Shown piece by piece: positions 8,561 through 18,112 of a stretch of 35,213 bases of DNA; the first letter of the stretch is position 1, and each line of letters opens with the position of its first letter. A program made the position numbers and the translations under genes. The stretch covers positions 1 through 35,213 of the IMG/VR virus record IMGVR_UViG_3300006103_000040; one strand, 5' to 3'. Below the pieces are notes generated by a model, which worked only from the letters and a program-made list of their open reading frames with translations, had not been told where the DNA came from and searched no databases. The stretch comes from a virus. Taxonomy: Duplodnaviria; Caudoviricetes.

Positions 8561-10314
8561 TACATCGTTCCAATATTGATGTTACTTACTTGGAATCGGA
8601 AGATTTCGTTTGCTGCTCCTACCAACGTTGAGTAGGCAGTAAACGCTCCAGTACCTGTTGCAGTTCCTGAAGTTTGAGTACTTGCCACAGTGAAGTGCGT
8701 AGAGTCATCAACCACCGTTACAGGTGCAACCGTAACGTTGTAGCCACTAGGGGTAAACCCTGTGACAGTGACAGTAGAACCCACGCTTAGGCCATGCGGG
8801 TTGCTGGTTGTGTAGGTGATGGCGGTTCCAGATGCAGCGGCTGCAGTCACAGGCACCAATGCACGATACAAGAAGTTTACTCGTGCTGTCTTAACACCGT
8901 TAAGAGAATTGACTACTGCCTCAATGTCTTGAGGGTAAATAGTTTGTTGGAATGAGACTCCGTTGTACCCATACACAACGTTTAAAGTAGATAAGATTAA
9001 GTTAGTTACATCTGACTGCTTGTACTTTGGATCAAGTGCAAAGAGTATTGAAACAACTGCGTCTACATACGTAGGCGGCTGGATGCTGAGAGAACTACCT
9101 ATTAGTAATTTATCTGCCATAAAGGTAGATACGTTATTTGCCAAAGTGGTGTACTCCGAAGAGACTGAATAGTCTGGGTTTAGACCAGGCTGAAGATCGG
9201 TAGTTCCTACATTTCGTGTAGGAGAAATATACAGAGTTACTGATGTCCACACTTCAGCATTTGCGTTTGCTTTGCCAACGTTATTAACTGTCAACGCAAG
9301 GTTGCTGTAGTCCTTTAACGTCACAGCCCTATTAGCCGCACGCAAAGATGCTGGTGCAGAAATACGAATTTGATCTGTGCTTTCTGGATCTGATCCAGCA
9401 ATAGCAGAGGTTTGATTTGTAACAGTGATAGTTCCTTTAAGAGCAGTAACTTGAGAATCTGTTAACCCAGGAACATAAGTGATGTTGGTAGCAATACCAG
9501 TACCAATGTTTCCAGCAGTTCCTCCACCTACAATGTAGTTGGCACGAATCTGTGAGTAAGGAACTGGAATTGCACCTGCTACACCATCACCAAAACTGAT
9601 GTAGACGTTGTTGTTTTGATCAAACGATGTTGTGTAAACTAAATCAGAAGGACCATAATCTGTAATATGAGTAACTTGGTTCCATTGAGAATAGATGTCA
9701 CCATCTTGAATGTATACCTGAAGAGAGCCATCAACTACTGGAGAGTGCAGGACAGCGTATGATTGGTTAGGTGATCCATCTGATACTCCAACTAACTCAC
9801 CATAGGTTGGCAAAGCCGTAGGAGATACCACTGTGACTAACTGTCCTTCTGTTGCTAGTACAGTATTTGATGTTTCACTAGCAACCACTACATCAGAGTT
9901 AGTTGTAAAGTACAAAGTTTGTACAACATCTCCAGTTGTGACTTGCCCTGATACAACTGTTCCTGCTGGTATGGTTTGGTCTGTAGTTCCAGAGTTAAAG
10001 AATGTCAAAGTCACATAGGCCTGACGATACCCCGCTGGGTTATACCCAAAAGTTTGAGCAATATTTAAAACGCTATTGCGCTGGGTTGCGGTGTAAATAG
10101 AGTTCTCATTAGCATTTCTATCAATGTAGTAGGAGATCAGATCTCCCATGTAAGCCATAGCCTCAACAAACGCCAACCCAAAATCAGAAGGGTCAGTAGC
10201 CGTCCAGTAAGGGATGCGTGCCTGTACTCTGGCAATCAATTGCTCTCTTAGAGAGTAATAATCCCTAGAGGTATAGTCTACGGAAACTGGGATAGTAGAA
10301 ACTTGTGTTGTCAC
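8560..10314 (-). CDS. baseplate J/gp6-like wedge protein
   Basis: VDYTSRDYYSLREQL...WTATDPSDFGLAFVEAMAYMGD; ISFGDGVAGAIP; GSDPESTDQIR...RAVTLKDY. Confidence 0.92.
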   Translation of the reverse strand: MTTQVSTIPVSVDYTSRDYYSLREQLIARVQARIPYWTATDPSDFGLAFVEAMAYMGDLISYYIDRNANENSIYTATQRNSVLNIAQTFGYNPAGYRQAYVTLTFFNSGTTDQTIPAGTVVSGQVTTGDVVQTLYFTTNSDVVVASETSNTVLATEGQLVTVVSPTALPTYGELVGVSDGSPNQSYAVLHSPVVDGSLQVYIQDGDIYSQWNQVTHITDYGPSDLVYTTSFDQNNNVYISFGDGVAGAIPVPYSQIRANYIVGGGTAGNIGTGIATNITYVPGLTDSQVTALKGTITVTNQTSAIAGSDPESTDQIRISAPASLRAANRAVTLKDYSNLALTVNNVGKANANAEVWTSVTLYISPTRNVGTTDLQPGLNPDYSVSSEYTTLANNVSTFMADKLLIGSSLSIQPPTYVDAVVSILFALDPKYKQSDVTNLILSTLNVVYGYNGVSFQQTIYPQDIEAVVNSLNGVKTARVNFLYRALVPVTAAAASGTAITYTTSNPHGLSVGSTVTVTGFTPSGYNVTVAPVTVVDDSTHFTVASTQTSGTATGTGAFTAYSTLVGAANEIFRFQVSNINIGTM

Positions 10315-10715
10315 AATATCTCCTCATATGGTGGGTTAGATCCTGCTAATGAAATTACTCCAAGGTTTGTTGACACTTGAACGTTGTTAGGTAGTGAGTA
10401 AACCACGTTTGCAGTGAACGTGTTTGTGTACGAGTCCACAGATACGGTTGCTTCTTGCAGCGTTAGGTTAGGTAACTGCCTATTAAATGCCTTTTGTATC
10501 TCTACTTGTATTTCCCCAATGGCGTCGTCTTGTGAGTCAAACAAGGCATACGGAATTAACGTTCCAAAAGTAGGCCGCATCACGCGCTCACGAACTGCGG
10601 TACCAATTACCGACTTAACTCTGTCAGCCCAAATTACTTTCTGATCTTGAGTAAAAGAGATTTTACCAGAGTAGTCCACTGTAAAAGGTAAGGTAACAGC
10701 CATCTCGTTAGCCAT
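10311..10715 (-). CDS. gp25/gpW-like baseplate wedge (sheath initiator)
   Basis: GTAVRERVMRPTFGT motif; start probably MANEM at 10715, overlapping the upstream stop. Confidence 0.9.
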   Translation of the reverse strand: MANEMAVTLPFTVDYSGKISFTQDQKVIWADRVKSVIGTAVRERVMRPTFGTLIPYALFDSQDDAIGEIQVEIQKAFNRQLPNLTLQEATVSVDSYTNTFTANVVYSLPNNVQVSTNLGVISLAGSNPPYEEIL

Positions 10716-11965
10716 CAGATACCTACCCATCTTCTTGGAGTTACATTAAACCCTGTGTTTGTTTGGTCTATGATTGTGGTTGCTCCACTTAGTGTATAGG
10801 AGTGATTTGCGTTAGTCCCTGTTGTACCGCTCCCAAGATTTACAGCGGGCACTGTTCCAGCGCTTCCAGGTCTAGTTACGCTGGGCTGGTTTGATCCAAC
10901 ACCGTCGGTAGCGCATGAAAATTCCACCATGTATCTGCCATCTATATGCATCTCATGTTTTGTAGAGGTCACAATCCAGAAGCCATCGGAGTGAGTTCCT
11001 GTATGTCGTAGTTCAATAGTTCCCCAAGGAGATATGCGAGGGTCTCCTTGAGCAGCCCCTTTTCCAGGGATAGACAGGCGAGATAGATGCGCCTTTCCTT
11101 CAGCCAAAGCCTTTGCAATAGAGTCACTGTTAGCAACTACTCCTGCCTCAACTTTGTTGAATAGAGGAGCCTTTACAGTCTGGCGAAGTTTGGAACCCAC
11201 CAAGTGAGGGGAAGAGTTTGACTTGTAAACTTGTCCAGTTACTGGGTCCACTCCAGCAACAATCTTGTTTGTTCTGTTGTTGGCTTTCTTCTCTACAAAA
11301 TCACCCAACTTTGACTCAAAGAAGTCTAACGTTTGAACTCGGAATGCAGCATTAGAGTTTGTGTATGGATCAACAAACGCTAATACAGGGATCGTTGTCA
11401 TGAACTGATCAATCATCTTGTCAATAGGATGGAAGTGAAGTTCTGCTCCAAGCACCTGTACTCCATACCCAATTCGATTTGCAAGTTCAACTAACTTCTC
11501 CCAGTAGGTATGGCCAGCCATAGATATCTGACTAAACTTTACGTTGCTAGAAGTTACAAACGGCTTTAGCCTCATTGTCTTTGCAATCTCTGTCGCTACT
11601 TGAGAGGCTGTTGTATTTACCCAAATTTTTGAGGTCTCTTCTTTTAAAGGATAAGAACCTCCCACACAAATTATCTCAACATACCTATCTAGTACCTGAG
11701 TAGTGGGATATTGAATGTGTGACACATACCCTATAAACTTCTTTGTTACCTTGTCATTATTCCAAGAAATTTCTACAGGTGTTCCTGTTTTAAATGACGA
11801 AGCAATTAAAGAGTTGAAGTATTGAAATTTCAAGATCATTACATCGTGGCTGTTTATACCCTGAATAAGAGTTAGTTTTTTAGGTTGGGTATTAAAACTA
11901 GGGTAGTCAGGAAAGTTTACCTTGTACCCATTAGCAAACTTACTCTGGCGTTCTGGATCAAGCAC
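10715..11965 (-). CDS. baseplate hub protein (gp27/gpD-like)
   Basis: FIGYV, TASQVATEIAK, TYWEKLVELANRIGY, GDPRISPWGTIEL...GFWIVTSTKH; sits after the LysM gene. Confidence 0.8.
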   Translation of the reverse strand: MLDPERQSKFANGYKVNFPDYPSFNTQPKKLTLIQGINSHDVMILKFQYFNSLIASSFKTGTPVEISWNNDKVTKKFIGYVSHIQYPTTQVLDRYVEIICVGGSYPLKEETSKIWVNTTASQVATEIAKTMRLKPFVTSSNVKFSQISMAGHTYWEKLVELANRIGYGVQVLGAELHFHPIDKMIDQFMTTIPVLAFVDPYTNSNAAFRVQTLDFFESKLGDFVEKKANNRTNKIVAGVDPVTGQVYKSNSSPHLVGSKLRQTVKAPLFNKVEAGVVANSDSIAKALAEGKAHLSRLSIPGKGAAQGDPRISPWGTIELRHTGTHSDGFWIVTSTKHEMHIDGRYMVEFSCATDGVGSNQPSVTRPGSAGTVPAVNLGSGTTGTNANHSYTLSGATTIIDQTNTGFNVTPRRWVGI

Positions 11966-12251
11966 TTGGCAACCTCAGCAATGTACCTGGAGTGATCTGT
12001 GTAGGGTTGATGATCTCTGGGTTTAAGTCCATGATCTTCCACCAGAATTGTGAGTTGCCTAAGAACTTATTAGCAAGGTTATCTAAACGATCGCCGTCCT
12101 TCCATTCATAAGTGTAAAACTTACTTACAAAGGTAGGCCAGGTGCGCAAGATCATGATGTGGTATTCCTGTCGAAGTTCATCCCATGCCTTAGGAATTGA
12201 ACCATCTACATTTTGAACAGGGTTAGTGTATCTGCTGTCTGAGTAGATCAT
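11958..12251 (-). CDS. LysM-domain baseplate protein (gpX-like)
   Basis: YEWKDGDRLDNLANKFLGNSQFWWKIMDLNPEIINPTQITPGTLLRLP. Confidence 0.9.
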   Translation of the reverse strand: MIYSDSRYTNPVQNVDGSIPKAWDELRQEYHIMILRTWPTFVSKFYTYEWKDGDRLDNLANKFLGNSQFWWKIMDLNPEIINPTQITPGTLLRLPSA

Positions 12252-13729
12252 GAGGTTGCTCCTGCTATATTGGCTGCGGTGATACTTAAGTTGTCGTAGT
12301 ACCTGGTACAGGTTAAATTGACTGTGGTAAAGATTGGAACCATACGCTCATTAAAGATCGCATGATTAACCTCTAGAGAAGAAACACGAACTAGGTATCG
12401 AAGGTTTGCTCCAAGGTGTAGTTCTACAGGCATAGGCATCAACCAGCCTTTATCTGCAGTAGTAATTCCACCAATAGTAGACTTGTATTGAGAGTTGTAT
12501 CCTCCAGTTGCTCTGAACAAATACTCTAAGTCATACATAGTTCCGCGCTCATAGATGAGGGCGCGTTCTTCTGGGGCAACTTGAGATGGGTATGGGCCAA
12601 AGTTCATAGCGCTAAGACCGTGTATTGTTACTAGATCTCCATTACTATTTTTAATGTATTGCATATCTTCAATACGATTAAGAAGTAGAGAAAAAGTTAC
12701 GGTGCTTGCTAAAAGCCCATTACCTACAGCCGTAGCAATATCTTGACCACTTTGTTCAAACTGTGGAGAAAACGACTCAACAATTCCCCACGACATACCT
12801 ACAGAGGTAGGGTTATACAAGAACTTAAACCCATAAGGAGTAGTGTCATTGATAATGCCATTTACCTTATTGTTTTTTGTGGCGTTAGTATTGAGGCTAA
12901 CATCAGAAGCCAAGTCTTGGCTCATCTGAATAGCGCCTTTTGCACCACTAAAACTGCCGTCTGCTCCAGGCCTCCACGCTTGTTGTGCATTTGTCCAGTA
13001 TCCTGGGTTTGTAATTAGTTGGTCATTTTTAGCAGAGAGAACCTGAGGACCAAACTTCAAATACGAAGAGGTTGTCATTGGTGCGTTGTACTTAAACGGT
13101 GCTGGATCACCCTTTACTGGGGGAGGAGGGTTTCCGCCTTGGTCAGAGTTCCAGTTTGTACCGCCATTGTTTCCGTTATACAGGCTCTTGTCTAATACTG
13201 GCAAAGATTTTCCTGCTGCAATTGCCAGTAAAGTTTTTTTTACAAAATCCTGATCCACACTCTGATTATGCAATAACGTGTTCACTGTAGACAGGGCTTT
13301 AACTTGAGCGGCTTGTGCAGCAGTGTATGCAGTTTTAGTGTTTTCATAAGCAAGTTTTAAACTTATGTATTGGTTCTGGTAAGTTGAAGGAAGGTCTGCA
13401 GGTTGAGTTAATGTGTGACCTGCAGGAGCCTTTGTATAAACTGCAGCATCATAGATGTAGTAATTTCCTAAGTTTCCAAAGGGATTGTTTAACCCACCAG
13501 CAACATATGGCTGGCAATACTCTTTGAGTTTCAATTCCGCAAAAGACTTAGTTTGACTTGCCTTAGTTAAGGCATCATTGGCTTTGTTTAATGCAGATTG
13601 TGCATCACTTAACTTTTTTGTGTCAGTAGTTACTGCTGCTTGAGCAGTCTTTAAAGCCGTGTTGTTAGCATCAATCTGTGCGTTTGCAGCCTTGGCTTTA
13701 TTCAGTAGGTCTTGTAATGACTGGGCCAT
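12248..13729 (-). CDS. tail tube initiator-like protein with N-terminal coiled-coil extension
   Basis: FKFLYNPTSVGMSW, VTFSLLLNR, VSSLEVNHAIFNERMVPIFTTVNLT resemble CIS tube-initiator domains; lies between tape measure and LysM genes. Confidence 0.7.
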   Translation of the reverse strand: MAQSLQDLLNKAKAANAQIDANNTALKTAQAAVTTDTKKLSDAQSALNKANDALTKASQTKSFAELKLKEYCQPYVAGGLNNPFGNLGNYYIYDAAVYTKAPAGHTLTQPADLPSTYQNQYISLKLAYENTKTAYTAAQAAQVKALSTVNTLLHNQSVDQDFVKKTLLAIAAGKSLPVLDKSLYNGNNGGTNWNSDQGGNPPPPVKGDPAPFKYNAPMTTSSYLKFGPQVLSAKNDQLITNPGYWTNAQQAWRPGADGSFSGAKGAIQMSQDLASDVSLNTNATKNNKVNGIINDTTPYGFKFLYNPTSVGMSWGIVESFSPQFEQSGQDIATAVGNGLLASTVTFSLLLNRIEDMQYIKNSNGDLVTIHGLSAMNFGPYPSQVAPEERALIYERGTMYDLEYLFRATGGYNSQYKSTIGGITTADKGWLMPMPVELHLGANLRYLVRVSSLEVNHAIFNERMVPIFTTVNLTCTRYYDNLSITAANIAGATS

Positions 13730-16446
13730 TATCTACTTCCCATCATAGAGATGCTGTTGTTTTCTTCGATGATGCTTTGAACTTTCTTTGCAAACTTTAT
13801 TGCTTCATCCTGTGATGCTTGAGCAATGTTGACACTGATTTGAACGTTAGTGGTACCGCCTTGTTGTGGCGTTGTAATAGACGCGCCAAATCCAGAACTA
13901 CCTCCACCATAGCCTGGGATGTGTGTTCCCCATGCAGAGTGATTGACTGCCCCAAGAACCCCTGCCGTATCATTACCCTTCATTAGGGCCGCACGAATAG
14001 CCGCATACCCTCTTTGATTTTCTTGCAAGGTAGAGATGTTTGATTGAAGTCCTTGAGAGTACGAGGTGTATGACTTGACCCCTGCAGAGTTCATATCCAC
14101 AGCACCAGATGCTCCTAGGGTGGTGTTAAGAGGGTTGTAGTGAGCGGAGTTTTTCCACTGCCCACCTTCATACGCCATCCATGTAGTCATGGCTTTTACG
14201 TTGGCAGATGTTGCAGGGGCGCCAATTCCCTTGAGGAAGTCTGTAGCCCAAGCCTTCTGATCCCCAGTACCAAGCACAGTGCCAGGAGCAGAAACAGTTT
14301 TTCCAGAGACTGTTTGTTTAGTTCCTCCAGTACCTGTTAGGAAGGTTGATGGATCTACTGGGTTGTTCTTTCCTTTACGGACTTCAAAGTGAAGGTGAGG
14401 ACCAGTTACATTACCTGATTGTCCAGACTTACCAATCTCTTGACCAACGACTACCTTTTGACCAATCTTTACCGACTTGCTCTGTAGATGTCCGTAAAGT
14501 GTTTGATACCCATTACCGTGGTCAATCTGTACAGAAACACCAAAGTCTGCACCAGGAGAATCGTCATAGACAGTTCCGTCAGCAACAGCCTTAACAGAGG
14601 TACCAACAGGTACGGCGTAGTCATCACCTGTGTGGTAGTTCTTAGCGCCGTTCCACATGCCTGGATCTTTTGCACCATACATAGTTGTAGGAGCAGTTCC
14701 AGGAATTGGAGAACTTAAAGTTTGCTTACTACTTTGTCCAGAGTATGGGTGGATGGTTGAGGTGTTTGCAGCAGTAGATGAGTATCCGCCTGGAGTTGCT
14801 TGCGCTTGAGAGTACGCCCCACCCTTGGCACCAAATGAGGCGCCAAATCCTCCGTAAGAACTTCCTCCGCTAAATAGTCCAGCAATACCGCCAATGAGTG
14901 CTCCACCAACAATACTTAACCCAAGAGTTTCTGGGGCAAATGCACTACCAATTGCAGCGCCTGTGGCAGCACCAGCACCCGCAGCAGCCAGACCAGATGC
15001 TGCGCGAGTTACTCCGCTACTGGCGCCAACAGCACTGCCAAGTTTTTTACCTGCAGCACCAACGCCAAGACCAACAGCAGCAGGTGCAAGCACTCTTCCA
15101 GCAAGACCTTTAACAAGAGATAGAGCACCTTTACCAGCGCCAAGTAGTCCTGTTCCTGCCATGCCTAATGGCATACCAAGTCTTTCGGCAGCAGCAAGAT
15201 CCACCATACCCTCAGCAATATTCTTAACTCCCATGGTGAATCCACCGATGAGAGAGGTTAGCGCTCCACCTAATCCACTCTGTCCAAGGCCTTGCATATA
15301 ACCTTTTGCTTCAAACAATGCCTGGCCAAATTCAGCAACTATTTTGTTAACTGCAGTAATGGTATCTGCAGCGTGTTGGAACCCTTTGATCATTGAGTCT
15401 TGGGCGTTAGTCATCAACTGAGTCTGAGACATAGTGATCTGCTGCCCTGCTGCATTAGGGTTACCAGTACCAGACATCTTTGAAAGATCTGCGTTTTTGT
15501 TTTGCGCTAACGCTAAAAACTGCGCTTTAAAGATCTGCTGTTGATCAGCCGAGAAACCTAGCGCATTTAGATCTGCACCAGCAAGACCGTACTGCAAAGA
15601 CTGTTGAACGCCTTTGACGTTTCCTTGTCCTCTTCCTTGGAAGATACGGTTGAAGAGTTGCTTAGCCATATCTGATTCAGATAATGGATTGCCGTTCTTA
15701 TCAAACTGAGAGATACCGTACTGGTATAGGTTGGCGCCCATAGCACCTGTTTGAAGGCCTCCGATAGCAGTGGCAGCAGCAGCATTGCTCATATTAAACT
15801 GACGGTATGCTCCACCTACTTCACGCATGGTCTGTAGGTATGGGCTACTTCCTGGAGCGTAACTGTATTGCTGAGTGAGGATGGCAGCGGCTGCAGCATC
15901 TTCACCGATGCCTGATACGCCTCTACCAAAACTACCACCTAGTGCACTGACTGTAGATCGCTGTAGTTGCTTATAGCCTAACCCAGTAGTTGAATACTGA
16001 GAGGTAGCGTAGTAGTTAGAAGCACGCGCAACTGTTGCACCTAGATCAGGAGCAACTCCAAATCCTGCGCCTGCAACTCCTCCAGCCACCTGAGCAACAC
16101 CACCAGCAATAGAGAACTTTGCCATGGCAGGAGACATCCAGGGAAGAAGAGTCTCTTGAGACTTGCGTGATTGGAATGCAGACTGTGGCTGTGATGCAGG
16201 TACCTTGGTGTCTGTAGTACCACCATCTGTAGGAGTAAAGTTGGCACCATCAGTGCCCATGCTAACTTTGCTGCCCTTGGTAAGATTCTTTTGACCGTTC
16301 TTCGTTACGGTCTTTCGCATGCTATCTGCCGCTGTTTGCGCAGGGGCAGATATATGCTTGATCGTGTCGTTGATCTGGTTAAGGGTTTTGAGCGTGTCTT
16401 TAAGGGCGTCGTTGAGTGACTTGACGCTTGTCACCATACTAGCCAT
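13729..16446 (-). CDS. tape measure protein with M23 peptidase and lysozyme-like domain
   Basis: Ala/Gly-rich helical body; HTGDD and HLHFE M23 motifs; C-terminal WMAYEGG...NPLNT domain; follows tube and chaperone. Confidence 0.88.
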   Translation of the reverse strand: MASMVTSVKSLNDALKDTLKTLNQINDTIKHISAPAQTAADSMRKTVTKNGQKNLTKGSKVSMGTDGANFTPTDGGTTDTKVPASQPQSAFQSRKSQETLLPWMSPAMAKFSIAGGVAQVAGGVAGAGFGVAPDLGATVARASNYYATSQYSTTGLGYKQLQRSTVSALGGSFGRGVSGIGEDAAAAAILTQQYSYAPGSSPYLQTMREVGGAYRQFNMSNAAAATAIGGLQTGAMGANLYQYGISQFDKNGNPLSESDMAKQLFNRIFQGRGQGNVKGVQQSLQYGLAGADLNALGFSADQQQIFKAQFLALAQNKNADLSKMSGTGNPNAAGQQITMSQTQLMTNAQDSMIKGFQHAADTITAVNKIVAEFGQALFEAKGYMQGLGQSGLGGALTSLIGGFTMGVKNIAEGMVDLAAAERLGMPLGMAGTGLLGAGKGALSLVKGLAGRVLAPAAVGLGVGAAGKKLGSAVGASSGVTRAASGLAAAGAGAATGAAIGSAFAPETLGLSIVGGALIGGIAGLFSGGSSYGGFGASFGAKGGAYSQAQATPGGYSSTAANTSTIHPYSGQSSKQTLSSPIPGTAPTTMYGAKDPGMWNGAKNYHTGDDYAVPVGTSVKAVADGTVYDDSPGADFGVSVQIDHGNGYQTLYGHLQSKSVKIGQKVVVGQEIGKSGQSGNVTGPHLHFEVRKGKNNPVDPSTFLTGTGGTKQTVSGKTVSAPGTVLGTGDQKAWATDFLKGIGAPATSANVKAMTTWMAYEGGQWKNSAHYNPLNTTLGASGAVDMNSAGVKSYTSYSQGLQSNISTLQENQRGYAAIRAALMKGNDTAGVLGAVNHSAWGTHIPGYGGGSSGFGASITTPQQGGTTNVQISVNIAQASQDEAIKFAKKVQSIIEENNSISMMGSR

Positions 16447-16606
16447 CTGGACTCCTTATCGCTCTTGCCTTGGCTAGTTCTAGCCAATTCTTTCGTTCTC
16501 TAGAGGACATCTCCTTGATCTCAGTCAATGTCCAACTGCTGTACATCTCCGATATAGCCGCCCATTCAACAAACAACTGAATGTACGGAACTACGTTAGA
16601 ACTGAA
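16439..16606 (-). CDS. tail chaperone C-terminal extension (gpGT/gp51-like), probably made by +1 frameshift
   Basis: Frame missed by the track: FSSNVVPYIQLFVEWAAISEMYSSWTLTEIKEMSSRERKNWLELAKARAIRSPDG*; fills the gap and overlaps the tape measure start by 8 nt. Confidence 0.65.
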   Translation of the reverse strand, partial: FSSNVVPYIQLFVEWAAISEMYSSWTLTEIKEMSSRERKNWLELAKARAIRSPDG

Positions 16607-17405
16607 ACAACGTACCCAAGTTAATGGATATCGTTACCTCACTTCCACAATCTGGGCATTCCATAGTCACGTCATCAAACTGTGGACCAGGAACACGTCG
16701 ATTGATCTCTTCAATGACCTTCTTACGATCTACAACTGGCAGGTTTTGCACCTGGACCTTGCTGTAGACAGGGGAGTTATTGATCTTCAAGACTGTCTTC
16801 TCAAGAAGGATTGTGGTCATCTCTGCAGGAGTCTTCTCCGCATTGTTGATCAATTCTTTTTGAGCAATACCAGTAGGAAGTTGAACCTCAATATCTCCAG
16901 CCTTACCTTTAACGATAAAGACTCGATCAGCAATAGGATCTGTAAGAATCTTGGTCTTGATATCTTCATTGATATCGACTGTTACATTCTTAAAGTCATT
17001 GCATCCACCACAGAAGATTGACATCTCAGTGGTTGATCCAAAAGTTGCCTTTAGGATTCCTAGAAGCAGAGCCTCACGGTCTCCTGTAAGCATGTGGTCA
17101 AGGATCTTGTCATCAGCCTTAAGGTCTCCTACTTTGACGGTTCCTCTTTCTAGGATGACTAGAAGGGCCTTGCCAACGTTGGCTGCTTTAGAGATTGCTT
17201 CCTCATCTCGACCAGTTAACTCTCGCACCTCTGCGGTCTGTAGCAACTCCCCAGCGGTTGTGATGTAACCGCCAGGAAGTGCCACAGTAGTATCCGAAGG
17301 AGCAACGATTGTCGGATTGATATCTGCAGGAGTTTCTTTGAGAGCATCCTTGATGAGGTTGTTTGCCAAGTCTGGATTAGAGACAGCACTAATTGTGTTC
17401 GCCAT
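16596..17405 (-). CDS. tail assembly chaperone (T4 gp26-like, two CxxC)
   Basis: VRELTGRDEE, MLTGDREALLLGILKATFG, CGGC and CPDC; directly after the tube gene. Confidence 0.8.
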   Translation of the reverse strand: MANTISAVSNPDLANNLIKDALKETPADINPTIVAPSDTTVALPGGYITTAGELLQTAEVRELTGRDEEAISKAANVGKALLVILERGTVKVGDLKADDKILDHMLTGDREALLLGILKATFGSTTEMSIFCGGCNDFKNVTVDINEDIKTKILTDPIADRVFIVKGKAGDIEVQLPTGIAQKELINNAEKTPAEMTTILLEKTVLKINNSPVYSKVQVQNLPVVDRKKVIEEINRRVPGPQFDDVTMECPDCGSEVTISINLGTLFQF

Positions 17406-17422
17406 GATATTCCTTTGTTAGA

Positions 17423-18094
17423 TTAGTTGCTTGCTGCTGAGTTTCCGCCTGAGGCAGTGAACTCAAGAGCACTTTCGTCAATCTTTTCTCCCCATGAGAT
17501 GTCAAAGCCTTCGTGAACAACTGACATCTGCTCTACGAGCAATGCGTTATCACCAGCGTTGAGATCTGAGTAGGAGACAGATGTTGGCCATGCGTTGTAG
17601 ATCATGAAGCGCATTGCAACAATGTCGGTAGATGAAGCAGTCGAAGCAGCAGTTCCATCTGAGGTGTTAGCACCTTGTGGAATTGGGTGAGCAAGAACCT
17701 TGATCTCGATATCGCAACGGAAGTTATCTCCCGCAGCGCGAGCAGAGCCGCCACCCTGAACTGTAGCGAAGAGTGTCTTCATCCAGTCCCAGTTTGTGCT
17801 TGTTCCAAGAATCACTCCACGCTGGAAAGTTAATGGAGCAAAGGTTGTCTGACCAGGAATCTGGTGGACAGTGGTGTTGTAGCCACCTTCACGGTAAGGA
17901 ATGCTATCTGTTGTAATAGACATTCCTGAGATGGAGGTAAACCCAAATGTAACAGGAGGCTTTGCAAGGTTCTGCATAGCCTTGTTACCGATTACTCCTC
18001 CAGAGTTTGTAAGAGGTGTGAAGGTAACTAGGTACCTAAAGTTGCGTAACGGATCGGTCGCAAGCGAGGATCGGTTATTGTTAATTGTTGGCAT
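17423..18094 (-). CDS. tail tube protein (T4 gp19-like)
   Basis: DPLRNFRYLV, GFTSISGM...IPYREGG...PGQTTFAPLTFQRGV, NAWP...SDLNA...EQMSVVHEGF. Confidence 0.95.
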   Translation of the reverse strand: MPTINNNRSSLATDPLRNFRYLVTFTPLTNSGGVIGNKAMQNLAKPPVTFGFTSISGMSITTDSIPYREGGYNTTVHQIPGQTTFAPLTFQRGVILGTSTNWDWMKTLFATVQGGGSARAAGDNFRCDIEIKVLAHPIPQGANTSDGTAASTASSTDIVAMRFMIYNAWPTSVSYSDLNAGDNALLVEQMSVVHEGFDISWGEKIDESALEFTASGGNSAASN

Positions 18095-18112
18095 CTATTA
18101 TCTCCTTCGGGA

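Noticed and set aside
14894-15301. Plus-strand Pro/Ala-rich ORFs (also 24831-25079, 28429-29076, 23210-23746)
   Set aside because: Antisense shadows of Gly/Ala-rich minus-strand genes.
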